DNA of 63,526 bases, filler included, from Asterionella formosa (Eukaryota): the NCBI GenBank assembly GCA_002256025.1. It is 28 parts of 28 records of this genome, joined end to end, with 100 filler letters (N's around TTAATTAATTAA, not from the genome) between each part and the next. Parts side by side here need not be neighbours in the genome. Positions count along the whole stretch, not along the records: positions 1 to 2,184 come from NKIB01000270.1; positions 2,285 to 4,467 come from NKIB01000271.1; positions 4,568 to 6,749 come from NKIB01000272.1; positions 6,850 to 9,031 come from NKIB01000274.1; positions 9,132 to 11,313 come from NKIB01000275.1; positions 11,414 to 13,591 come from NKIB01000277.1; 22 more parts are not named here. One strand, given 5' to 3'. The translations under genes were made by a program, and so were the position numbers. Positions within the stretch are counted from its first letter, which is position 1, and each line of letters begins with the position of its first letter. Positions 1 through 11,621 of the stretch are shown piece after piece. The notes below the pieces were generated by a model, which made no database searches, had not been told where the DNA came from, and saw only the letters and a list, made by a program, of their open reading frames with translations.

Positions 1-803
1 ATCAATATCTTCGAGTACCTGCCCGGCAATGGTGCGTAGTTGTAGCAATGACATTGCTGGTATGGTCATATAGCGTCACAAGCACTCCGACTAAGTTGGT
101 ATGACCACTGTCATTGTTGTCTGTATCTTCCTTGACACAGCCGGAAATTGAGCCACGTTTCTGTGCACTAGGAGCAGGACTGATGACGGGCTGAAGACCT
201 GGACGTTCGTCTACAAACTCATTGTTAAACGAGCTGCCGGATCTAATGTCAATGTCGATTGAATTGATATCACTACCGTCATTGTCCCCAACGTTGACGA
301 ATCCTGTCGTCGGGGTCTTCTGATCAATTGTGTATACACCTGGAGGGGCGTAAAAATGAACTTTCCAGCACTGTCCTTTAACGTCGTCATTGCAGGGTTG
401 TTGTGCTGTTGACTTCTTTGTGGCTTGCCATCGCCTGTGATGCGAAGCAAGTCAGCTGCCAGCGCTTTAATCCGATGAGATTGACCCACCAGCAGCATGT
501 GTAAATCACTAGCAGAAATAATTTCCGTTCGGAAAATATTTCTGGTGCCAGTTCCATCATGTTTGCAAGTGTCATGGAGGAGTCAACTAAGATTCGTGTG
601 GCAAAAAAGTATTGGTGGTTTATACGAAGATTATGTAGGCTAGTAGGGTTTAAGGGGTTATCAAAAAGAGGGGGACGAAATATCGATATAGGGGGACGAA
701 ATATCTTTTTCCTAAATATATAGCAAAATATAAACAAGCACTGAACATATCACAACGAAAGCATATGCTGCCGGACACAGAGAAAAACAGTTACCAATTG
801 TTA

Positions 804-2051
804 AGAGCATCGCCACCGCATCGACCAAATACCAAAGCCAATTGCAGTTGAAAATATCAATACACGTCACTTGGTCGAGAAATTTTTTATCAATAGTCGA
901 ATTTTTCTTTTTTTTTCCCACCGCATCGACCAAATCTTATATTAGTCAAATCTCGCGCCTAAATTATTAGCCAATAGAAATAAAGGTAGACTGTAGTTTC
1001 GTGTGTATCGCTTTTAATTCATGAAGTAGCCGCATACATACATACCTTATTCTTAAACAGCTAGCAATACTCCTACCGGTACCTGGCTGGTACTGCCCAT
1101 CAAAAAATATTACAACCATGTACTTGAATATTGTTCGTAGAGAATTGTGGCTTCTTTATTATTACCAATAAATATGACTTTTGTTTCGACACAGCGAAAA
1201 TGAGCAATGATTGCAACTCGTCAGATGACGATCGCTTCTTCCACTTCCGCGATATGCGGAAGCAACGCGAGAATGCCAAGCAAGAAAGAAACAAGGGAGG
1301 AGAATCAAAGGTGGGAAAGGCATCCAATCTCAATCGTTTTCGGACAGACTATGACAAGCTTCTGAAAAAGGATTATTTCGGTGAAAATCCGATTTACTCG
1401 TCAGCAATGTTCAGGAGGCGCTTCCGGATGAGACGTTCGTTGTTTGAGAAGATTCTTGATGATTTGGTTTCTTCGGATTCTTACTTTTCTCAGAAGAAGG
1501 ATGCCTTGGGTTTACTGGGATTTTCGCCACACCAAAAACTTACCTCGGCGCTTCGCATGTTAGCCTATGGAACATCGGCTGATCAGTTGGATGATTTAAC
1601 AAGGATGTCAGAGTCAACAACACTCAACAACTTGCAACACTTCTGTAACGCAATAATCAACAGGTATGGGAAAGAGTATCTTAGAGCTCCGACCAAAGAG
1701 GACCTTGAGATGATTCTACGTTTGCATGAAGGAAAGGGTTGGCCGGGTCTTCTTGGTTCATTGGATGTCATGCATTGGGAGTGGAAAAACTGTCCCAAAG
1801 CACACAGAGGAGCATATCAAGGAAAAGAAGGAGTGGCGACAATTTCTTTGGAAGCTGCGGTTGATTGTAGACTTTGGTTCTGGCATGCATGGTTTGGAAT
1901 GCCCGGGGCAAACAATGATCTTAATATTTTGGATCGTTCACCGTTTTTCCCTGATTTGTCAGCTGGAAGGACTCCAAAAGTACACTTTGCCATCAACAAC
2001 CAACAACACAATCTGGGGTATTATTTGGTTGACGGAATCTACCCAAATTGG
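804..2051 (+). mobile_element. PIF/Harbinger DNA transposon, left end plus truncated transposase gene
   Basis: TTA followed by AGAGCATCGCCACCG at 801-818 resembles Tourist/PIF termini (GAGCATCTCCA type); subterminal motif CCACCGCATCGACCAAAT at 813-830 and 918-935; transposase follows. Confidence 0.8.
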
Positions 2052-2156
2052 CATATGCACACCCACCCTTCCACTTTGGGGCATCCTTCAAAATTCGCCA
2101 ACACCCTTCGAACAGGAATTCTCTACCCATTTTCCTTCCTTTTCCCTCTAATTTAA
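1200..2156 (+). pseudogene. Harbinger (Plant_tran / DDE_Tnp_4-type) transposase, C-terminally truncated
   Basis: Motifs FRRRFRM, SALRMLAYG, LGSLDVMHWEWKNCP, GANNDLNILDRS, YYLVDGIYPNW. Similarity stops at about 2051, before the RKDVERAFG segment carrying the catalytic E. Confidence 0.9.
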
Positions 2157-2184
2157 ATAGTTCCCTGGCTTCTTCAAGATAGTT

Positions 2185-2284
2185 NNNNNNNNNNNNNNNN
2201 NNNNNNNNNNNNNNNNNNNNNNNNNNNNTTAATTAATTAANNNNNNNNNNNNNNNNNNNNNNNNNNNNNNNNNNNNNNNNNNNN
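2185..2284. other. Artificial contig-joining spacer (first of 27; others start at 4468, 6750, 9032, 11314, 13592, 15870, 18147, 20423, 22699, 24974, 27249, 29523, 31795, 34066, 36336, 38606, 40875, 43144, 45411, 47678, 49944, 52209, 54473, 56738, 59001, 61264)
   Basis: Identical 100-bp unit: 44 N + TTAATTAATTAA (stops in all six frames) + 44 N; the contigs between spacers shrink from 2184 to 2163 bp. Confidence 0.99.
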
Positions 2285-2841
2285 TTCATCATGTCAAGAA
2301 CATGATAGATGAGGGTGAGTTGCATATTGTTTTTCTAAGATCAGAAAACAATCCAGCAGACATTTTGACGAAGAATGTCAAAGAGCAGATTTTTACAAGG
2401 TTATCTGGACCTGTGCTGAGTGGTACAATTTTAGAACTTCTTGAACATGGTAACGAGGAGGATGTCAAGAATATAGCATCAATGGCTATAATGAGTCACA
2501 AGGACTGTGGACTCGACTATAGTCCAATGAGTCAAATGGTGCGTTCCCATGTCAAGAAGCTTGCTAACGAGATTGATGTCTTAGATCAATCAGAAGAAGG
2601 TTTACATCAACGAAAAGGGAACACGAAGAACAGGTTCTCGAAGTGTGATGAATGGGATTGAAACTTAGTTTTAGTTTAATCTTATAATTAAGAAACAGTG
2701 AGAATTGACAGAGTAAGGTCAATAGCGAAAACTAGCACGAAGGCTAGCAGCAGAAAGAAGATAACAATACTAGTGGTATAACAGGTAAGTTCTACGTAAG
2801 AGGAACCCGTCAGACGGGAAGGAGTACGAGACCTTTCAACA
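2285..2841 (+). mobile_element. Ty1/copia 3' end: RNase H C-terminus, PPT and probable 3' LTR (2463-2841)
   Basis: HIVFLRSENNPADILTKNV motif; purine tract GAGGAGGA (2455-2462) directly before TGTCAAG; candidate LTR end CTTTCAACA at 2841 (right boundary less certain). Confidence 0.8.
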
Positions 2842-2978
2842 TATGGTACCGGTAGTATTTGTTTCATTTTTCTTTACCAATAGTACATACCGAGTAACCG
2901 GTATATATGCTATGAATAGCTGAATCGACTACCCGTACCGGTAGTCTATGTATTATGGAATCCTTGGCTGTGCAGCAT

Positions 2979-3399
2979 TGTTAAAGTATTACCTTTTGTA
3001 TAGATCTATATCGTTAGACAAAGAAGACTATAGATAGAGACGTTCGTTTCTCTTTCCGTTTCTATATTCTTATTGTGAGTTTACTAATCTAGTTTAGGTT
3101 GTTCTGTTTGAACAAAACAAACGAACTATTCTCCAAATGCTGTTTGCATTTCTAGGAACATACAATCATAGATAGACCCATGTCTATCTCACACTTACTG
3201 ATCATAGGTATTTAACCATGATCATTCATTTCAAACTATCGGTCTTCCGAAATAGCTTATGTTGTCCGGCTCATTATAGTCGGAGTAGCAAAGTATAATG
3301 TGTGGTTGATGAGAGCTTGGTACATCAAAGTGGACTCATTCGAATCGTTTGACTCGTTTGACTCCGAGTCCTAACTACGTAGATGAGCTCCCTTTAACA
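2979..3399. mobile_element. Solo LTR (421 bp) with 6-bp target-site duplication
   Basis: Perfect 8-bp inverted termini TGTTAAAG...CTTTAACA flanked by CAGCAT at 2973-2978 and 3400-3405; non-coding. Confidence 0.8.
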
Positions 3400-3470
3400 C
3401 AGCATTGTATGCCTTTGTGCAGTCGTAACATGTAGATAAAGTTTTGACTACCGGTACGGTAGACTACCTG

Positions 3471-4467
3471 TGTTAAATTCTTCTGCAGTCTGACTGCAAT
3501 GCTAGCTCTTTCTAGACAAGCTCAGTGTATTAAAACCTTCTGTTCTAATCCCACCTTATTGTGAGCTTATTTGATAAATCTTGTAATCGTTCACATGACC
3601 AATTATTAAGGTTCTCTTCCCAAATTTGTATATAGATATTCATTGTGTTGTTAGACATTCAATTCTCAACTGACAACTCAACTCCACTCACTTAGTAGAA
3701 CAATCGTGAATATTCAATGCTATCTGCATTGCATATATACCTTTCCTTCATTGAAATATTGATTACTTAGAACATTCTCCATTTGAATATTTACCTTGGT
3801 TTGCTGATATAGTTCTTGGCAATCAATGCTGTTCAAATTCTCACAGCATTTCAATACGGGATTTTGGCTGGAATATTATTCAAGATTGATTAGTTAGACT
3901 GAACTAATATGCACGCAGTACTAAATCTTGACATCCTCCCTGTTCCAGTTCCAACAATCCATTGTCCCATTGCAAATATCATATGCATGCGATTCATGCA
4001 CCTTCTGAGTTACATTCTTTGACAGCAGGTCACTAGGGTTTTCACATGTTTGTACATAGACCACAACAACATATCCATCTTCAGTCTTCTCACGTATAAA
4101 ATGATATCTGACATCAATATGCTTTGTCCTTGATCCAACTTGTTGGTTTTTGCTTAGGAAAATCGCTCCAGTGTTATCCTCAGCAATTATTGCTGGCAGT
4201 TCCACATAGTAGACCTCATCCAATAGATTTGTAACAAATGTAGTATCCTTGACACCGTCGCTTAGGCTGACATACTCAGCTTCTGTGCTTGATGTTGTTA
4301 CAATGTTCTGTCCTTTGGATGACCAAGTCACCAAGGAGCATGCTCCAATAGTTCCGAGATATGCACTTGTACTTTTGCGAGTATCAGGGTTAATTGCAAA
4401 TGCACTGTCAACAACATCCATTGGGCGCATTTCTTTAGGGGTTCGCATCTTCATACGCCGATGTTTC
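3471..4467 (-). mobile_element. Ty1/copia 3' end: RNase H domain (ORF 3921-4454), PPT and probable 3' LTR (3933 down to 3471)
   Basis: VDSAFA..DTRKSTS, SSTEAEYV, EDNTGAI, RTKHIDVRYHFIRE, NPSDLLSKNV; minus-strand PPT AGGGAGGA then TGTCAAG; candidate LTR end TTTAACA. Confidence 0.88.
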
Positions 4468-6446
4468 NNNNNNNNNNNNNNNNNNNNNNNNNNNNNNNNN
4501 NNNNNNNNNNNTTAATTAATTAANNNNNNNNNNNNNNNNNNNNNNNNNNNNNNNNNNNNNNNNNNNNGGCTGTCAGTGGAACAACACCATACTATCTCGG
4601 TTTCAAATTCATGAATTAATAAACTTCGTCATGACTATGAAATTATCCTACAAATCAAAAAGGATAGTATATTCTCTAGCCAATTCGTACTCCCCTATTT
4701 GTAGGCAAGTCTTTCATTGTGCTCAAAACAACATATTTGCAGTTTAAATTATTCGACGAAAATTGAATTGTTTCATTGAGTTGAACTCTCAGCAGCAGAC
4801 CCAAACCGAGTCTCATTTTCAATATGAATCATGATTTGACCCTTGATTATCCAACACAACAAAGCTGTTTTACACCTACTAGTCGATGCAGACTTAATTA
4901 TTTTATTCGGTTCAACTCTCAGTGGACCTAAATCGATTTTTGCTTTCCATATGAATCATCGCTTGTCTTCATCATATAATGATAGATTATCCTGTACAAC
5001 AAACAGCAGTATGTATGCACTTTTCGAACAAGTCGACACAAACCTGACCGAACTGTTTGTTTTCGATTGAATGCTCACTGGAGGATCCAAACTGAATATC
5101 TCGTTCCGTGTGAATTATTATTCTTTGTCAAGGAGACGATACTTTGTCAAACAAAGCTCGACTCAAGTAGAATTGATTGTTTACATAATCTGTCAGCTAA
5201 CCCCAAATTAGTTTTCGCTTGTTTACTTCCAGACCATATGAACTATTCTTCTTCATTGTGACCATAGATTTTCTCCAACAACTCAAAACATGACAATGCT
5301 GGTCCTTGTTCATACAAGTTGTTCTTCATGACAACCTAATTCCTTAGCAAATCAAAACAGTAAATTTTTACTTTTTGGGCTTTTTGGTGCAAGGTAAATC
5401 TTAGCAGGCCAAAACTTTTCGATAGGAATTGCTATTTATTGTCATGATGTGAGATCATATCCAACACCACCTCGAAATAGCATGACCTTGGTACAGCTAG
5501 CTAACTCAAAATGCTATTCGCATGGTGCATTGAGTGTACTATGTATACTGGCGGGTGAACCATATAAACGTATTTCCACATCAAGTAGCTATGGCATACA
5601 AACGGATTCTGGATTCCGTGCTGTGGCACATTTGTGTGTAGAATTCATTATAAGTGGCCTGTTCATATCTCACCTACATAGATGTCGAAGTGTCCGGTAA
5701 ATTGAAATGCAACTCAACACAAAATTTCATAGAATAAACTTCATTTGGTTGAGGAAGACCGATGATGATGGTGGTGAGAGCAACACACACATTTTACCGA
5801 TATTCACGAATGACTTGGAAATTATTAGTCCTTCTACACTAAAATTCGCTTTTACTATCCTAATGGTTGTTTAGAACTCATTTTTCCATGAGTTTGAATT
5901 TGCCAATGATATTATAGGGTAGTATCCATTCTCCATCATTTACGGAATAGTTCTTGTATTGGTGGTGGTGTTAAATGTAATTTCTGTAGCTGTACTCTAT
6001 CAAGCACAGTATTGACATATAGTCATTATATTACATAGTTGTTTTATTTGAAATTATCTCAAAAGAATTTCCCTCAATCTGACTATGATGAAAATTGCAA
6101 TGAAGGCTATTTGTTTCATTTTGGTTTGATCTCCATTTCCAACATAAATACACTTGTAATAATGTTGCTAATTTTACTTACTTGTGAAAGCAAACAAATA
6201 ATATGGATTCCTTGTTGCCCAGAGAGTGCACCAAAAAAATCGAACTCAATTCATCTCAAGTTTCACCCCTGGCCACTCATTGGTACTGTACGAGTAGGCT
6301 GGCAACTGAACAACAAATAGAGTCATGGTTGGTGTTTGTGTGTGTTTGGTCACTGAATGTGCAGTGCTATAATGGTCTGGATCATCACAACAACTGCAGT
6401 AGAAACCAAAAATGATGCAGTACCACTGGAACTTGTTGGACCAGTG

Positions 6447-6749
6447 CTACCTAGTTGCAATAATTAATGGAGCAAGACTGCTGGGAGCATCTGTTACCAG
6501 AGGCTTTGCACTTGGGGCCTGGGAAGTTCCACTACAATATTCGGTACCAACACCACCATACATGCTGAAGCACTCACTAGAAATGTCACACTTCCCATTG
6601 CCAATGTGGCCACTTCCACATGGGCCAGTGGCAGTACCTCCTGGAATGGGCGACAATAAAATTGGGCAATCAATCATGTCAACGCCCACCACATGTATCC
6701 CCGTAGGCAAGCATTTGCAAAGAAGGTAGCCGTATGCTGAAAAGTCTCG
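6447..6749 (-). pseudogene. Fragment encoding a degenerate hevein-like chitin-binding module (CBM18-like) and a Pro/Ser/Thr linker
   Basis: GPCGSGHIGNGKCDISSECFSMYGGVGTEYCS resembles CG..GNG.C....CCS.YG.CG....YC with two Cys lost; followed by SQAPSAKP..APSS. Confidence 0.55.
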
Positions 6750-6849
6750 NNNNNNNNNNNNNNNNNNNNNNNNNNNNNNNNNNNNNNNNNNNNTTAATTA
6801 ATTAANNNNNNNNNNNNNNNNNNNNNNNNNNNNNNNNNNNNNNNNNNNN

Positions 6850-7133
6850 CCCCACCACCATAACCTCCTTCACCAACTCAAGGAGCAAATGGATCATTGA
6901 CGTCCATTAAATCCTAGAATCATACCCACTAAACCCCCCCCCCCTTTTTCCTCTTCTTTCTTCTTGCTTTTTCTTCTTTTCTCCATCGATTAATTGCCTC
7001 AATAATGACCTATGGTACAGTTAACCTTATAGGCTCCTCTATACAGACAATATACCGGTACTTGTTTTCTCTCACTGTACCGGTAGAGATTTACACAATA
7101 CACAATACACAATGCACAATGTGTATGTATACC
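6850..7133 (+). repeat. Dispersed non-coding repeat D (second copy at about 45966-46272)
   Basis: Shared blocks TTCACCAACTCAAGGAGCAAATGGATCATTGACGTCC, CCCACTAAACCCC, CGGTAGAGATTTACACAATA and ACAATGTGTATGTATACC. Confidence 0.85.
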
Positions 7134-7145
7134 TGGTACCTGGTA

Positions 7146-9031
7146 CCAGTAAAAAACTGCTGTGACCCACTAAAAAAAATTGGAACCGCTGAGACCCACT
7201 GAACAGGAGAAAAACACGGTTTGACCCTACCAAATGCAGATTTGTTAATTTTAAAACTTAGACCCAAATCCTGAGCATGTACGCTTTAAGGCTACCGGTA
7301 TGCCATTAGATATAAGTTTATAGCAATTGGTTTCTCCTAAAATATTGGTTGAAAAGTGCGATCGACGAAAATATTGCCAGAACACGGATTACCCCATGTT
7401 TTGAGGACTCACTGTTATATGATATACGCAGCTTGATACAAAAATATCGCCTTCGATTTATTTGTTGTATGATTCCTGTCATATCCTTATCCCTGTCACT
7501 TGATAGTGCCTAAGTAACTTGAGCATCATAAAATAAGCGCCCTTTCACCCATACACTTGAAAGGAAATGTGAACATACCACCAGTATAGAATTTTTAGCT
7601 CATAATATGCATCCAAACTATGGCAAAAAAGAAATCGAATGTGCCTTCGGGCAAGTCGGCTCAGTCTATTAGCAGCACAAACAAAGCCAGGATGATTGAA
7701 CATTGCCTATTAAACATCTCTACAAATATGGAAGTGTTGAAAGCGAACAATAATGGAAAACTACCATATGGCGCAATTTCTCGTGCTGTGCACGATGTAC
7801 AAGAACTTGTCCCATGGGTGACTACCAGAAAGTGAAATACTTTCTAAGGAAAATGAGGTTATCTGGTGGCACCAGTAGCTACCAGCACGGACAAACAGCC
7901 TGCTGAGGAGGATGTGCATGAAGAATCACAAGAAAGCGAAATATCTATGCTGACAATGGAAGGTGTAGAAAATTACAGCTATAGCAGAAAAATTCATTAT
8001 CATTCTTCCATTAATACTATGATTATGTCTACAAGTTCTAGTTTGCCTCCTGCCAGCACTACTACTGCATCAACTGAAAGCAGCAGCACCATTTCTGCCA
8101 CTACAACCCTGCCCTATGGTGGTCGTCAAAAGGGAACAACCGCAGTAGCCAGCTCCATCATGGCAGAAAAAGTGAAAGAATGTATTTCCAATTCGGCAGC
8201 AGAATATATGAGGGTGAGAGAAGAGGGAAAAGAAAAAGGAGGAGGAGAATCACGAGTAAAGAGAAATACACTTGAGTGTATAATATTGAGAGAAAAGGAG
8301 GCGCTTGGAATTCCTCCTGCTGTCAATATTAATTTCGAAACAGTTAGAACACGTGCAAAAAGAAAAAACAATCAAGGAACAAACACAGCTTGCATCTCAC
8401 CTATGCTTAAAGTGGAACCTTACATTGTGGAGCTCATTGATCAGTTGGGTAAAATGCGTCCGCCCATCACATGCCAAGAGGGAGCGACTGCAACTTGCAA
8501 ATTCACTTCTTGGGAAAAAAGATTTGCGAGATTACGCACAAACAAAAAAGCGGTAGCAGAGCGAGGCTGGGGACCTTTGAACTATAATTGTTTGTTGAAT
8601 CCTGAAATACAGCTGACGAAATTTGGTGTTGTCCCATTGAATTGAATCTCACACATCAACAGAACCTCTATTACACCTGACCAGCTCAACCTGCAAGAAG
8701 GACTTTCAGGAACTCTTACAAATCAAATTGTTGAATACATAAACAGAGAAGATGTGCGAAATGGTAATGATGCAGCAGAACATGCCAGGAAAAGAAAGCA
8801 AACAGCACAAGCAACAATCGACACACACAAATGAATGACCAAAGGACTGCACTTTGCTGTTGGAAACACTTGTCTAGGACCACCGCTTTTTGAGCATATG
8901 CTGGAAATCAAACGCCGGCATGAAATCCAAGAACAAAACAAGGAGCAGAAATTGAATCAACGGTTTTTTTAATTGTCACAGAAGGTACAGGCCATCAGAG
9001 AGACTGGAAAGGAAGCTGGAAGCTACAACGT
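7146..9031 (+). mobile_element. pogo-like (Tc1/mariner superfamily) DNA transposon, left end with internally deleted transposase pseudogene (7620-9031)
   Basis: Begins TA|CCAGTAAAAAACTGC with a repeated GACCCACT subterminal motif; protein motifs GGRQKGTT, SPMLKVEPYIVELI, LQLANSL then directly WEKRFAR..NKKAVAERGWGPLNYNCLL; stops and frameshifts; no DDE core visible. Confidence 0.7.
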
Positions 9032-9131
9032 NNNNNNNNNNNNNNNNNNNNNNNNNNNNNNNNNNNNNNNNNNNNTTAATTAATTAANNNNNNNNNNNNN
9101 NNNNNNNNNNNNNNNNNNNNNNNNNNNNNNN

Positions 9132-10933
9132 TGATTCTTGAGGGGGTCAAGAATGTCCAACAAGCTGGTGGATTCAAACACATTTTCAATTTCGGAGGCA
9201 ATCAATTTACACTTAATGTGAAAGTTCCGGTTGGTCTAATTCTCGGTGATGCTGAAGGTTTAGATGGACAATGCGGACGAAAGAAAACATATCTAAAGAC
9301 TGCCAGAATGTGTCGTGAATGTGATTGTCCGTTTGATCAAACGGACAATCCATCTCATGAATGCAGTCCTGTAGGTCAGATTGATTACGAGGAACTATTA
9401 ATCCGGGGCATAAAAGATTTATTGGATAATGTGAGCCAAAGATTCATCTATCCCTTTTGGTATCAGTTGTGTTTTGGTGGCAATCCTCTTGGTGTTAATG
9501 GGCACGTTCCTCCGGAAAAATCTATTCCATTCAAGAAGGAATAATGGATCACCTCATGGAGCTATATTCTTATATGATCGGGCGCCCCAAAACAGTGAAG
9601 GGTAATTCCAATCGAAAACTGTTTGACCAGTTGTTCAACAAAATATCTAAACTCTTCCTTCACCAGAGTGACCGAGACCTTCCTCGTTGTTGCTTCAATT
9701 TCGGCTTTCATGGTTGCAAAACGAAAATAACTGCTAACGAAAGAATCGAAGTGATGCTTATTGCCTGTGTTGTCATGGCATGTGATGCTGGAATCAAAAT
9801 CTGCCGAGAAGAAAGTGGTATGACCAATCAAGAAATTCGAAACTTTCAAGGTCTATTCGAAGGGATGCTCTGCTACAATGCCTGGTTTAGTAAAGAGAGT
9901 TTTGATGTGGGAAATTTACCACAGGAACACCAAAGCGTTGTCAACTATTTTACTAAGCTGGTAAAAGAATGCCCGAGAACAACAACCTCTCAGGGATGGA
10001 AGCTTGCGAAGTTACATCAACAGATGCATACTGTAAGAAACATTCATCATTTCGGAAGTCCACAGGTTTTTAATGGAGGCCCAATGGAAAAGAATCTTAA
10101 ATTCTTGTGTAAATTACCAGCCAGGACTTCCCAGAAACGCAAAGATGTGATAGATATTCAAAGTGGGGCGAGAATGGTGGAGAACATGGTGATCGGAACC
10201 GCTTGTAGTCAGTTCCTTGGCGAAGATATTGGAGATTTACAAAACAAATTGGAAGCTGTCCCAGTTGACGTTGGAATTGTGAAATCCAAAACAGGAGGTA
10301 CTCGATATTCTCTCCTGATTGAAGAAGATGGAAATGGTGAATTTGAGATTGCAAGGGTTTCATCATCATCAAGTAGCATCTGCAAAACTGGGGTTGAACG
10401 AGATCTGGTGCGAGTTCTAGGCGACCAACTCCTTCCTTTCATTTTGTCAATGGAAATTGAAGTGATGTGCGACCACACTCGTAGTGACAACGTAATATTT
10501 CATGCCCATCCAAGCTACCGTGGTGGTCATTCCTGGTATGATTGGGCAGAGTTTGCTTGGTTAGATGGAGAAACAGGAGTTGAGTCAATTGTGCTTGGCC
10601 AGATCTGCGGTTTTATTGAATTGGGATTGGGTCCGTCTTCGATCAATTTCACTGATCCAAGATTACCATCATCCTTGAGAAATCAAAGCCCCGGTGTCTT
10701 TGCAATTATTCACTCTTGTAAATATGCCTCAGAACCTTTGCACAACTACTCAAGGTTGCTGTTAGGGGGCTGATCTCACATTGGATCGACATGGAAACAA
10801 AGGACTTTTGTTTGTTCCCGTGGATTGCATTCATTCTCCTGCTGTTGTTGTTCCTAATTTAGGAGCCTCTCCAGGTAAGGTGATTCAAATCAAGCCGCAG
10901 TCTGCCTGGGCATCCCTATTCCATTTTTGGTAA
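9132..10933 (+). pseudogene. Plavaka-like (CMC/EnSpm-related) transposase, central and C-terminal part, frameshifted near 9520 and 10770
   Basis: LILGDAEGLDGQCGR, CRECDC, HQSDRDLPR, GWKLAKLHQQMH..NIHHFGSP..FNGGPMEKNLK, FHAHPSYRGGHSWYDWA, VDCIHSPAVVVPN. Confidence 0.75.
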
Positions 10934-11621
10934 AGCAGTCTATGAAAGAAATGTTAAGAAAAAATTTATAGTTGATGATGTGGAAACGATTAATATTACT
11001 ACAAAACCAACAAACAAGGGAAGTAAGGTAACATATAATTATCAATTTTTATAGAAAACATTAATCTCCTTGATTCATTAGTAAGGTAGTAGGAGATGCT
11101 AAACATTCACTCATTTATTCACAATGCAGATTCATAGTCAGAATCAATCACTTTGGATTTGTCCTCCTCATCTAACTTGAAATCCGGATTTTTCACCACC
11201 AGTAGAGGTTTCACAACTAGTTGAGGACACAGCAGAAGACGAGGTTTCAGAGGAGGATGTGGTTGTAGATGGAGAACGTAAAAGATTCTCGCCATCGGCA
11301 GGGACATGGATGANNNNNNNNNNNNNNNNNNNNNNNNNNNNNNNNNNNNNNNNNNNNTTAATTAATTAANNNNNNNNNNNNNNNNNNNNNNNNNNNNNNN
11401 NNNNNNNNNNNNNACTGGAACACTGTTATACTCATAAAAAACGTGTTTCACCAGACTTTCCAAGGAGCGAACAAAAAAGTACGGACAGTTATGAAGTATG
11501 AATATTCTTACCACTCGGTACACTGGTATATCTTTATACCGTTACCAGGGACCAGGGTACCAGTACCTGGTGACTGGTGACTGGTACCTGGTACCACTAG
11601 TTAGTACTAGGTGGAGTACAT

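Noticed and set aside
2229..2240. Regularly spaced TTAATTAATTAA as a CRISPR-like or biological repeat
   Set aside because: Always embedded in N runs; it is a synthetic six-frame stop linker. ORFs ending in X...LIN are artefacts.
4568..6300. Possible decayed coding sequence
   Set aside because: The frames I translated are interrupted and show no recognisable motif.
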